Origin: an uncultured Chloroflexia bacterium
GTDB taxonomy: Bacteria; Chloroflexota; Limnocylindria; Limnocylindrales; CSP1-4
Reading direction: 5' to 3'
Assembly (NCBI GenBank): GCA_963755115.1
Contig: CAVWIK010000003.1
Coordinates: 359,327 to 423,326, forward strand
DNA length: 64,000 nucleotides
The notes under the pieces are model-generated. The model saw only the letters and a program-made list of their open reading frames with translations, made no database searches and was not told where the DNA came from. Every line of letters starts with the position of its first letter. The first letter of the stretch is position 1. A program made the translations under genes and the position numbers. This document shows, piece by piece, positions 23,575-34,110 of the stretch.

Positions 23575-24099
23575 TCAGGCCTCCGTGGCGCGGGCCGGGG
23601 TCGCGTCGGCCCCGGCGGCCGGCGCCGCTTCATGATCAAGATGATGGTCGCCGCCCGGGTGCGTCCCGGACGGTCGGAGCAGGCCGCCCATGCCCGAGGC
23701 CGGGAAGCCGAGGTAGGCGTTGACCGCGTCGAGCATCAGTCCCGTGCGGCACAGCGTCGCGAGGCCGAGGGCCGCGTACGCCTCCGCGCGGAGCGGGTCG
23801 TTGATCTTGGCGATCACGCGCTCGATGCCGAGCGCCTCGGCGGCGAGCTGGGCCGACATGACGTTGCGGTTGTCGCCCTCGGTCATCGCGAGGAAGACGT
23901 CCGCGCCCTCCGCGCCGGCCCGGAGGAGGACGTCCTCGTCCGTGCCGTCACCCCGGATGGCCCGACCGCCGAATGACGATGGCAGGCGGTCGAACGCGTC
24001 GGTCCGCACGTCCACGATGGTCACCTCGTGGCCGGCCTTGTCGTAGGACGCCGCGATCGCGGCGCCCACCCGGCCGCAGCCCACGATGACGATCTTCAC
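23575..24099 (-). CDS. trkA: Short TrkA-family protein (RCK_N only)
   Basis: IVGCGRVG, AMTEGDNRN, VIAKINDP. GTGA overlap with the upstream USP gene. Confidence 0.85.
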   Translation of the reverse strand: MKIVIVGCGRVGAAIAASYDKAGHEVTIVDVRTDAFDRLPSSFGGRAIRGDGTDEDVLLRAGAEGADVFLAMTEGDNRNVMSAQLAAEALGIERVIAKINDPLRAEAYAALGLATLCRTGLMLDAVNAYLGFPASGMGGLLRPSGTHPGGDHHLDHEAAPAAGADATPARATEA

Positions 24100-24553
24100 G
24101 CTGCCTCCTCGGGCATCGGCTCTCGCACCACCCACACGGTGCACGGCGCGTTCTGCAGGATGTACGGGATCGTCCGGCCGATGGCGAAGTCGCCACCGAA
24201 GCGCGTCCGAACGGGACGCCGAGGACGATCAGGTCGGCGTCGCGCTCGACCGCCTCGTCGACGATCGCAGCCCCGACGTCACGGGCCTGGAGCAAGACCG
24301 GTTCGAGGACCTGCTTGGACTCCTCGGCCACCGTCTCGGCGAGGTCGAGCACCCGCTGGACCTCCTCCGATCGACCCGCGATGTCGGCGTCGAGCGGCAG
24401 GGTCCAGTCGATCTCGACGACATGCACGGCGATCAGCTCGGCCTTGGCCAGGCGCGCGTAGTCCGCGACGAGGCGGACGATGCGGGCGTCACTCGGGCCG
24501 CCGTTGAGGGCGATGACCGCGCGCTTGAACGCCGGAGTGTGGCTGTCTGACAT
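24096..24553 (-). CDS. Universal stress protein (frameshift ~24208)
   Basis: AIVDEAVERDADLIVLG. The shifted frame continues GGDFAIGRTIPYILQNAPCTVWVVR. Confidence 0.85.
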
Positions 24554-24586
24554 ACGCGGCGGTCACGATACCACCGTCCGCGCGGC

Positions 24587-26638
24587 CTACTCGTTCGGCC
24601 GTTCCGCCGCGTCCGACGGAGGCTCGAAGAGCTCGGGGTCCTCGCGTCGATACGGGACACCGACCACCACGGTGTGCGGGCGTCCGAGCAAGACCGCCCG
24701 CAGGCGCTTCGAGGCCTGGTTGTAGAGGATCCGCTCCCACCAGCTCCGCGCGACGTACTCCGGGATGATCACGAACGTGATCGGGTCGGGCTTGTCCGGC
24801 GGCCACGCGGCGTCAAGGACCTCCAGGTAGGCGAGCAGCGGACCGCCCAACGCGCGGTACGGCGACTCGACGACGACGAGTGGCACGCCGGGCACCTGAC
24901 GTTCGAACGCCTCGCGCAGGGCGGACGCCGACTCCGCGTCGTCAGAGATGTAGACGGCGCGGATGTCATCGCTGATCGCGCGGGCGACGTTGACGGCCTG
25001 GACGACGGCCCGATTGAGACCCGGGATCGGGACGACGACCCGCTGCTCGCGGTGCGGGGCCGTCACGATGAGATCGGGCCGCACCGCCAGCTCGCCCTTC
25101 GAGCGTTGGTACTGGTGGCTGATGAACAGCATCATCAGGACCAGCGTCGGGACGAGGATCACGACGAGGTAGGCGCCGTCGACGAACTTCTCGGACGTGA
25201 CCACGACCAGGACCACCGCGGTCAGGACGGCGCCCAGGGCGTTGACGACCATCCGCCATCGCCAGCCGGTGGATCGCTCGTCGAACCAATGGCGGACCAT
25301 CCCGATCTGGCTGAGCGTGAAGCACACGAAGACACCGACCGAGTAGAGCGGGATGAGCGAGTGCGTGTCGCCGCCGAATGCCCAAAGGATCCCGAATGCG
25401 ACCGCCGCCAGCAGGACGATGCCCCACGAATAGGCCAGGCGGTCGCCGCGGAACGAGAACTGGCGAGGCATGTAGCCGTCCACGGCGAGGATCGCGGCGA
25501 GCCGCGGGAAGGCGTTGAAGCTCGTGTTCGCGGCGAGGAACAGGATCAGGGCCGTGCTGGCCGCGAAGACCACGTACAGGATCGAGCCGTTGCCGTAGGC
25601 CGTGCGCGCGGCCAGGGCGACGACCGACGGACCACCTTCCTGCGTCGGGAGCAGGCCGTACTGGACGGCGAACAGGGTCAATCCGATGAACAGCACGCCC
25701 AGCAGCACAGCCATCGCGGTCATCGTGTTCGCGGCATTCTTCGCCTCGGGCGGCTTGAAGGCCGGGACCCCGTTCGCGATGGCCTCGACGCCGGTCAGCG
25801 CGACGGAGCCGCCGGCGAAGGCCTTGAGGAGCAGCACGACGCCGAGGACCTCGGAACCGAACGGGACGGCGTCGGGTTCGGGCGGAAGCTGGGGGACGGT
25901 CCCGCCGATGATGTTGATGAGCCCGATCGCCACGATCCCGAGCGCGAGCGACACGAAGAGGTAGGTGGGGATCGCGAAGATGTTCCCGGATTCGCGCAGG
26001 CCGCGCAGGTTCGCGATCGTGATGAGCGAGATCGAGACGAAGGCGATCTCGATCCGGTAGTCGTACACGGCGGGGATGACCGACTGGATCTGGGCGATGG
26101 CCGAGGCCGTCGAGACGGCGACCGTCATCACGTAGTCGATGAGAAGCGCGGCGGCCGCGATGAGGCCGAAGATCGGGGCGAGGTTCGTCCGGGCCACGAC
26201 GTAGGCACCCCCACCGCCCGGGTAGGCACGGCAGACCTGCCGGTATGACACCGAGACGACGGCCAGCAGGACCGAGATCGCGACCGCCACCTGGATGGAG
26301 AGCAGGACGGCGCTGGCTCCGGCGAGGACGAGGACCCGCAGGATCTCCTCGGTGGCGTAGGCCGAGGAGCTGATCGCATCCGAGCTGAAGATCGCGAGCG
26401 CCTTGGTCTTCGAGAGTCGCTCTCCGAGCTCCTCCTCGGTCGAGAGCGGGCGACCGAACACGACCCCGCGAACGCGTGCGAGGAACCGGCCGGCCGGCGT
26501 CTGGGGGACGTTGGCGGCGGGCTTGGCCACCATCTGGCCGGGTCCCGTGTAGCGGAAGAACGGCGCGTGCGGGCGTTCGACGCGGACGCGCCGGTCCGCG
26601 GGTTTGCGACCCTTCAGGGGCCGCCGGCCACCGATCAA
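24587..26638 (-). CDS. kimA: KimA/YdaO-type APC-superfamily potassium transporter
   Basis: LAIFSSDAISSSAYATEE (D..Y pair as in KimA), GGGAY, GVEAIAN, and a cytoplasmic C-terminal domain (VVVESPYR). Confidence 0.8.
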   Translation of the reverse strand: MIGGRRPLKGRKPADRRVRVERPHAPFFRYTGPGQMVAKPAANVPQTPAGRFLARVRGVVFGRPLSTEEELGERLSKTKALAIFSSDAISSSAYATEEILRVLVLAGASAVLLSIQVAVAISVLLAVVSVSYRQVCRAYPGGGGAYVVARTNLAPIFGLIAAAALLIDYVMTVAVSTASAIAQIQSVIPAVYDYRIEIAFVSISLITIANLRGLRESGNIFAIPTYLFVSLALGIVAIGLINIIGGTVPQLPPEPDAVPFGSEVLGVVLLLKAFAGGSVALTGVEAIANGVPAFKPPEAKNAANTMTAMAVLLGVLFIGLTLFAVQYGLLPTQEGGPSVVALAARTAYGNGSILYVVFAASTALILFLAANTSFNAFPRLAAILAVDGYMPRQFSFRGDRLAYSWGIVLLAAVAFGILWAFGGDTHSLIPLYSVGVFVCFTLSQIGMVRHWFDERSTGWRWRMVVNALGAVLTAVVLVVVTSEKFVDGAYLVVILVPTLVLMMLFISHQYQRSKGELAVRPDLIVTAPHREQRVVVPIPGLNRAVVQAVNVARAISDDIRAVYISDDAESASALREAFERQVPGVPLVVVESPYRALGGPLLAYLEVLDAAWPPDKPDPITFVIIPEYVARSWWERILYNQASKRLRAVLLGRPHTVVVGVPYRREDPELFEPPSDAAERPNE

Positions 26639-26869
26639 CGGATCTCCAGTGGTTGGGCGATGCGCGGCTGCGGCGCCGGTGTCCTCGGCGGAACCGCGTC
26701 GGCGATCACGGCGTGTCCGCGTCCCACGAGGTCGGCCTCGAGCCGATTGGCGGTCTGGTTATACAGCAATCGGTCCCACCGGTGACGCACGATGCAGTCG
26801 GGTCGCGATGCGGGACCGCCGATCCTCGGGCGTGGATCGCGCGTCCCGACGCGGCATCCGGCCGGTACG

Positions 26870-27592
26870 TCAGACACCGTGGCGCAGCCGCTCCGCGAGC
26901 CGGTCGGGCAGGCCGACGGCCCGCATCGCCGACATGACGGCGTCGATGTCGTAGGCCACCCGGTGCCAGGTCGCGGTGCCGGCCCCCGGGTCCAGCACGA
27001 GGTAGCTCGCGCGCGGATCGCCGTCCCTCGGCTGGCCGACGCTGCCGGGGTTGAGGAACACCCGCCGGCCGTCGAACGCCAGCGTCTCGCCGTCGTTCGG
27101 CTCGTGGCCGCGGACGCGATCCCCGTCCTCGACGAAGGCGACGGGCACGTGCGTGTGCCCGTGGAGGCCATGCCGGGTCGCCAGCACAGCGAGGCTCGCC
27201 CTGGCCGCCCGCTCGCTCGTGACGTACTCCCAGGTCGGATCGCGCGGGCTGCCGTGGACGAGCGTGATCTCGCCCTCGACGTGGCGGTCGGGCAGCCCCG
27301 CGAGCCACGCCCGGGTCGCGTCGCCGATCCGGCGGCGGGTCCACTCCATCGCCGACCGCGCCTCGGGGTTGAAGTACTCGATCTCGCTCCCGCCGACCGC
27401 GGCCGCGTCGTGGTTGCCGCGGACCCCCACCGCGCCGAGACCCGACAGGCGCTCGACCACGGCGTCGGGTTCCGGACCGTAGCCGACGACGTCCCCGAGG
27501 TGCCAGACGGCATCGACGGATCGGGCGTGGGCGAGGACGGCCTCGAGGGCGACGAGGCTGCTGTGGATGTCCGAGAGGACAGCGATCCGCAT
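26870..27592 (-). CDS. Calcineurin-like metallophosphoesterase
   Basis: SDIH, LGDVVGYG, GNHD, HGHTH, NPGSVGQPRDG. Confidence 0.9.
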   Translation of the reverse strand: MRIAVLSDIHSSLVALEAVLAHARSVDAVWHLGDVVGYGPEPDAVVERLSGLGAVGVRGNHDAAAVGGSEIEYFNPEARSAMEWTRRRIGDATRAWLAGLPDRHVEGEITLVHGSPRDPTWEYVTSERAARASLAVLATRHGLHGHTHVPVAFVEDGDRVRGHEPNDGETLAFDGRRVFLNPGSVGQPRDGDPRASYLVLDPGAGTATWHRVAYDIDAVMSAMRAVGLPDRLAERLRHGV

Positions 27593-27618
27593 CGATTCGT
27601 CAGCCTAGCAGCGGCCGG

Positions 27619-28398
27619 CTACCACGGCCGACGCCGTCTCGCGGCCGGATCGCGGGGATAGCCCGACGGCACGCGGCCGCGCGACGTGACGATGACGAGC
27701 CGATGGCCCTCGAGACCGCCGACGGCCGTCGCCACCGAACCGACGGTCCCGCCGCCGAGCGCCTGGATGGCCCGCCCTGCCGCGGCGACCTCATCGACGA
27801 TGTCGCCACGCTTCCAGGCCACGAGCACGCCGCCTGGTGCCAGGAGCGGGAGGCTCAGCTCGACGAGATCGGCCAGGCTCGCGACCGCCCGCGCGGTCAC
27901 GGCCGGCCAGCGACCCCGATGGGCGGGCTCCCGGGCGAGTGCCTCGGCACGGACGGCCGCGACCTCGACCGTGGGTGGGCCGGCGGCCTGCGCGGCGACC
28001 ACCTCCAGGAACCGGGCCTTCTTGCCGACCGGCTCGACGAGAAGCGCCTGCTCGGCCGGGAGCGCCCACGCCAGCGGCAACCCCGGGTAGCCGCCACCGG
28101 AACCCAGGTCGAGGAACCGCGTGATGCCCCGCTCGCGGAGCGGCGCGAGGCCGGTCAGGCTGTCGAGGACGTGGGCGAGCGCGACCTCGGCCGGGTCGCG
28201 GATGCCGGTCAGGTTGATGGCGTTCGTCCAGGCCAGCAGCAGCCGGACGTGGTGGTCGATCGCGGTTCGCGCCGATGGCGGCAGGTCCAGGCCGAGCTCC
28301 GCGAGCCCGGCGTCGAGGGCGAGGCCGTACTCGGGCGGGAGCTCGGAAAGGCCTTCGACGCGCGTCGGGAGCGGCTCACGCGCGGGATGGATGGGCAC
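27619..28398 (-). CDS. rsmG: 16S rRNA m7G527 methyltransferase
   Basis: NLTGI..HVLDSL, DLGSGGGYPG, RAE, TARAVA. AGGAGG RBS. Confidence 0.93.
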   Translation of the reverse strand: MPIHPAREPLPTRVEGLSELPPEYGLALDAGLAELGLDLPPSARTAIDHHVRLLLAWTNAINLTGIRDPAEVALAHVLDSLTGLAPLRERGITRFLDLGSGGGYPGLPLAWALPAEQALLVEPVGKKARFLEVVAAQAAGPPTVEVAAVRAEALAREPAHRGRWPAVTARAVASLADLVELSLPLLAPGGVLVAWKRGDIVDEVAAAGRAIQALGGGTVGSVATAVGGLEGHRLVIVTSRGRVPSGYPRDPAARRRRPW

Positions 28399-28601
28399 GC
28401 CTCCTGTCGTTCACGTGCCGAGTCCCGCGCGGCGCCACTCCCGGCGTCGGCATCGTTCGCACCACGGGTCGAGGTTCGGTCTTCCGCTCTCCGTCCGGTT
28501 TCACGGCCGGGTTTCCCCGGACCCCTCGCGGACCTCGGTACCCTTGCTGACCCCTGTGCGGATGCCGGACGTTACGACCCGCGGCGCGGTGCGTCAACGC
28601 G

Positions 28602-28644
28602 GTTATCCACCAAGTGCACGGGGCGCGGCGGTTTCGTGGATAAC
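28602..28644. promoter_or_regulatory. Two inverted DnaA-box-like 9-mers
   Basis: TTATCCACC (28603-28611, +) and TTATCCACG (28635-28643, -), each one mismatch from TTATCCACA. Confidence 0.6.
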
Positions 28645-28687
28645 TCCAGGCCCCGCGCCCCGCCCGGTGGCCCCTGCCGGCCGCGGT

Positions 28688-29044
28688 TCAGCTGGAGCGG
28701 CCACTCCCGCGGACCGGGCGGCCGAGCGTCCGGCGCACGACGTCGATGACCTCGTCGACGTACTGGTCGGCCTCGCCGGCCTCGGCCGCGGTGCGGACGC
28801 AGCCCTGGACGTGATCCTCGAGGAGCAGGATCGAGAGCGAGTCGACGGCGGCCCGCAGCGCCGCGGTCTGCTGGAGGATGTCGACGCAGTACTCCTCGCG
28901 CTCGATCATCCGGGCGATGCCGCGCACCTGGCCCTCCATCCGCGAGAGCCGGCGGACGAGCTGGGCCTTGTCCTTGGTGTAGCTATGTCGGAAATGGCTC
29001 GGGTCGGGGGTATGAGCCTGACCGCGGGCGGGGCTGGACGGCAT
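28688..29044 (-). CDS. csoR: CsoR-family metal-sensing repressor
   Basis: RLSRMEGQVRGI, Y-C and H-x3-C (HVQGC) Cu(I) ligand set. Confidence 0.9.
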   Translation of the reverse strand: MPSSPARGQAHTPDPSHFRHSYTKDKAQLVRRLSRMEGQVRGIARMIEREEYCVDILQQTAALRAAVDSLSILLLEDHVQGCVRTAAEAGEADQYVDEVIDVVRRTLGRPVRGSGRSS

Positions 29045-29094
29045 GGATGGTGACCTCGAGTCTTCGCGGATCGGCGACCTCCGGCGATCGTACC

Positions 29095-29111
29095 ATACTC
29101 CCTGGGGGTAT
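29095..29111. promoter_or_regulatory. CsoR-type operator
   Basis: ATACTCCCTGGGGGTAT: TAC/GTA arms flanking C/G tracts, about 50 nt upstream of csoR. Confidence 0.75.
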
Positions 29112-29174
29112 CACGACGCCCCGTCGGTCACGACCTTGCCGGTTCCGACGACGCTTCGGCTAGACTGTGGGCCG

Positions 29175-29725
29175 ATGGACCCTCGACGGCCCGAGACGGC
29201 CTCGTTCGCGCACGCCAGCGAGGCGGAGATGGCTCGCATCCTCGACTTCTACGCGGTCCGTTGGGAGTACGAGCCCCACACGTTCCCGATCCTGTGGAAC
29301 CTCGATGGAGCCGTCGTCGAGAGCTTCTCGCCGGACTTCTATCTCCCGGACCTCGACCTCTACCTCGAGATGACGACCCTCCGCCAGAAGCTCGTCCGCA
29401 AGAAGAACCGGAAGCTCCGCCGGCTGCGCGAGCTGTACCCCGACCTCAACGTGAAGCTGTTCTATGCCCGCGACTTCCGCGCCCTGATGCTCAAGTACGG
29501 GCGGCTGGCGCTCGCCGACGGGTTGTCCGGCACCCTGGGCCAGGTCGTCCCGGTGCGCGACCTGGCCGTCGACGTCCCGGATCGCCGATGTCGGTCTCGC
29601 GGCCGCCGCCGCGCCGGCCGCCGCAGCCGCGCCGTCCCGCCACCGACCTCCACCCCGGCCGCGCCGGCCCGACGTCGCCGCCCGGTCGCGCCCGGCTCGA
29701 CCGCGAAGGGCCCGGCGACCACGCG

Positions 29726-29729
<4 letters not shown>
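29175..29729 (+). CDS. Hypothetical protein with PD-(D/E)xK-like nuclease signature, coupled to hpt
   Basis: WEYEPHTF...FSPDFYLPDLDLYLEMTT. Low-complexity tail with a possible frameshift ~29580. ATGA overlap with hpt. Confidence 0.65.
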
Positions 29730-30743
<1,014 letters not shown>

Positions 30744-30757
30744 GCATCGCGCCGACC

Positions 30758-31659
30758 GTGGACCGTCTCGAGGGGGTCTGGAACATCGTCCCGACGCCGT
30801 TCACCCCCGACGGGGCGCTCGACGCGTCCGGTCTCCCGCGACTGACGTCGTTCGTGGCCGGCTGCGGCGTGGACGGCATGACGATCCTCGGCGTCCTCGG
30901 TGAGGCCGGCAAGCTCTCGGACGACGAGCGACGGGTCGTCATCGATGGCGTCATCGGGGCCGCCGGCGACGTGCCGGTCTGCGTCGGCATCAGCCACGCC
31001 GCCACGGACCGCGCCGTGGCCTTCGCCCGCGACGCGCAGGCCAAGGGCGCGCACTCGGTCATGCTCGCGCCCCCCGCCCTCGCCCGTCCCGACGACGCCG
31101 CGATCCTGGCGCACTACCTTGCGGTGGCCGAGGCGGTCACGCTCCCGGTCGTCGTCCAGGATCATCCCGCGAGCAGCGGCGTCCCCATGTCCGTCGAGGT
31201 GCTGGCGACCATCGCGGAGCGCGCTCCGACGTGCCGCGTCGTGAAGCTCGAGGACGAGCCCAGTCCGCCGAAGATCGGCCGCCTGGTCGCGGCCGCCCCG
31301 GGCATCCGGGTCCTGGGCGGTCTCGGGGCCATCATGCTGCTCGAGGAGCTCCGGCGCGGTGCCGTCGGGACGATGACCGGGTTCGGGTTCCCGGAGCTCC
31401 TCGTCGAGATCGTCGCGTGCTATCGCTCCGGCGACGAGGCGCGGCTCGGGAGCGGTTCCACCGGATCCTGCCCCTCATCCGCTTCGAGAACCAGCCCGGG
31501 CTGAACCTCGCGATCCGCAAGCACATCTACCGACGGCGCGGGGCGATCGCCTCCGAGCGCGTCCGGGCGCCCGGACCGCGGCTCGACCCGGGGACCATCG
31601 CCGACCTCGACGCGATCCTGGTGGCGCTCGGCCTCGCCGACCGGCTGACGGCCGCGTGA
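30758..31659 (+). CDS. DapA-family class I aldolase/dehydratase (frameshift ~31445)
   Basis: PTPF, GVLGE, VVQDHP, Schiff-base Lys in VVKLED. Confidence 0.85.
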
Positions 31660-31690
31660 CCGCCGTGTCCGCGTAGGGCGGCCGCCGAAC

Positions 31691-32458
31691 CTAGGGCAGC
31701 GCCCGGATCATGCCGCCATCGACCGGGACGATGGCCCCGGTCACGAACGACGCCGCGGGCGAGAGCAGGAACGCCGCGACCCGGCCCAGCTCGTCGGGGT
31801 CGCCGTAGCGCCCGAGCGGGATGCGATCGATGGTCCGCTGCCGGATCTCCTCGACGGACACGCCCATGCTCGCGGACCTCGCGGCGTCCAGCTGGGCGAT
31901 CCGGTCGGTCGAGAGACGGCCCGGGGCCAGGCCGTTGATCCGGATCGGCGCGATCTCCTCGACCATCGACTTGAGCAAGCCCGCCAGCCCTGGCCGGATG
32001 AGATTGGAGGTCGTCAGGCCCGGGATCGGCTCGCGGACCGAGCTCGAGAGGATGATGAGCACCGCCGGGTCGCGACCCTCGCGGAGGTGCGGGAGCGCGG
32101 CGCGCAGGAGCCGGATGGCGCTCCACAGCGTGCCGTCGATGGCGCGGGTCCAGGCGGCCTCGTCGAGGTCCTCGAAGCGGCCGGGCGGCGGACCGCCCGA
32201 ATTCACCACGAGGAGGTCCAGCCCTCCGAACGCGTCGACGACGGCGTGGACGGCGGCCGCCGGGCCATCGGGCGTCGAGAGGTCCGCCGGCACGGCGAGG
32301 GCGTCGAGCCGGGCCGCCTGCGCGTCGAGTCGCTCGCTCGCGCGGGCCACGAGCCCGACCCGCGCCCCCTCGGCTCGCAGGACGCCGCCGACGGCCCCGC
32401 CGAGACCGCCGCTGCCGCCACCGACGAGGGCGCGCGCGCCCGTCAATCCCAGGTCCAT
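31691..32458 (-). CDS. Short-chain dehydrogenase/reductase
   Basis: GGSGGLG, NSGGPPPG, SNLIR, RYGDPDELG, VDGG. AGGAGG RBS. Confidence 0.9.
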   Translation of the reverse strand: MDLGLTGARALVGGGSGGLGGAVGGVLRAEGARVGLVARASERLDAQAARLDALAVPADLSTPDGPAAAVHAVVDAFGGLDLLVVNSGGPPPGRFEDLDEAAWTRAIDGTLWSAIRLLRAALPHLREGRDPAVLIILSSSVREPIPGLTTSNLIRPGLAGLLKSMVEEIAPIRINGLAPGRLSTDRIAQLDAARSASMGVSVEEIRQRTIDRIPLGRYGDPDELGRVAAFLLSPAASFVTGAIVPVDGGMIRALP

Positions 32459-32531
32459 GGATCCTCCTTGGTCGGAGCGCGATGGTATCGGCTGGGGAGA
32501 GGCGCCGTCCCGCCCACGGACGGCGGAGGGC

Positions 32532-33337
32532 TCACGGCGCGAGCTCGAGGCGTGGCCGTCGTTCCACCTCGATCGCGAACCAGCGTTCCTGTCCGCCGGC
32601 CGACCGGTGGCGGAAGACGAACCGCCCGTCCGGCCAGGCCTCGGTCGGGGTCGCCCGGCCCGGCCGGGCGCGCGGCCGGGTGTCCGGCGGGCCTCCATCC
32701 GGGCCACCCGCCGGCGGCCCGTACAGGGCCCCGAACGCCGAGACGGCGCCGGACGGCCGGTCCTGCTGCATCGCCACCGACACGGCGCCGCCAGGGGTCA
32801 CCCGCCAGACGTCGATCGTGGCGGCCCCGAGCCGGCTGGCCGCCACCGGCCACGGGGGCGCACCAGCCCAGCTCGCGGACCCCTTCCGAGACGAGCGGCG
32901 TGACCGGGATCGCGGGGTCCGCCGGGCCGCGTGCCGCGGTGGCCGGCTCGAGCGCTCGCCAGACGCGGACCGTCTGGTCGCGCCAGACCTCGACCGATGC
33001 CACCAGCCAGGTCGATGGATCCAGGCAGAAGTCGGCGACCCTGGCCCCGCCGTCCCCGGCCGGACCGTCGGACCGGCCGTGGCGGATGGCCGAGCGAGGG
33101 CGCCGGCGGCCGCATCGAGCGAGGCCGGTGGCCCATCGCCGGCGCCGACGGCTCGACCACGGTCGCGCGCCCGCGCCCCAGCCCCACGGATCGACGACGC
33201 CGAGGGCGAGACCGATCGTGACCAGGGCGATCCACAGGGCCGACACGCGGCCGGTCGGCGGTCAGCGCGACGGGCTCGAAGGTCCCGTCTCGTGGCGGGC
33301 GATCCGGAGGCGTCTCCGGTCCGTGCCTGCCGTCCAT
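32532..33337 (-). CDS. Hypothetical protein with one N-terminal TM segment (several apparent frameshifts)
   Basis: Coding-like segments across three frames: LWIALVTIGLALGVVDPW, CLDPSTWLVASVE, WCAP, WPDGRFVF. Confidence 0.55.
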
Positions 33338-33349
33338 GGCGCCCGGCGG

Positions 33350-34110
33350 TCAGTCCTCGCCGAGGTAGGCCTTGCGCACGGTCTCGTTCTGCTTGACCTC
33401 CTCCGCCGGGCCGGTCAGCACGACGCGGCCCGTCTGGAGGACGTAGGCGCGATGGGCGATCGACAGCGCCTGGAGCGCGTTCTGCTCGACGAGCAGGACG
33501 GTCGTCCCCTGGGCGTTGATCTCCTTGATCGTCGAGAAGACCTGCTGGACGAGGATCGGCGACAGGCCGAGCGACGGCTCGTCGAGCAGGAGGACGCGCG
33601 GTTGGGACATGAGGGCCCGCCCGATCGCGAGCATCTGCTGCTCGCCGCCGGACAGCGTGCCGCCGAGCTGGTGCGTCCGCTCGCGAAGCCGCGGAAACAG
33701 GTCCATGACCCGGTCGATGTCGGGCTGGATGGTGTTCTGGTCCCGCGTGAAGGCGCCCATCAGCAGGTTCTCGAGCACGCTCATCCGCGAGAAGATCCGG
33801 CGGCCCTCGGGGGCGTGCCCGATGCCCTCGTGCACGAGGCGGTGTGCGGCGACCCGGGAGATGTCCTTGCCCTCGAAGATCGACCTTGCCCGCGCCGCGG
33901 GTGGAGCAGGCCGCTGATCGTCTTGAGCGTCGTGGTCTTGCCGGCACCGTTCGCCCCGATCAGCGTGACGATCTCGCCACGACCGACGGTCAGGGAGATC
34001 CCCTGGAGCGCGTGGATGTTGCCGTAGTAGGTGTTGACGTCCTCGAGCACGAGCATCGTGGAATCGCCGACATTGGTCCCGGGCTGGCTCTGCGTCGCGG
34101 TGGCGGTCAT
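33350..34110 (-). CDS. livF: Branched-chain amino acid ABC transporter ATPase (frameshift ~33885)
   Basis: GANGAGKTT, LSGGEQQM, LLDEPSLGL. Confidence 0.92.

Noticed and set aside
26639-26770. c-di-AMP (ydaO) riboswitch upstream of kimA
   Set aside because: Expected from Bacillus kimA, but the conserved GCUGAAUC, GGGGUGAA and GUCAGCUAAC segments are not visible. An Infernal scan would settle it.
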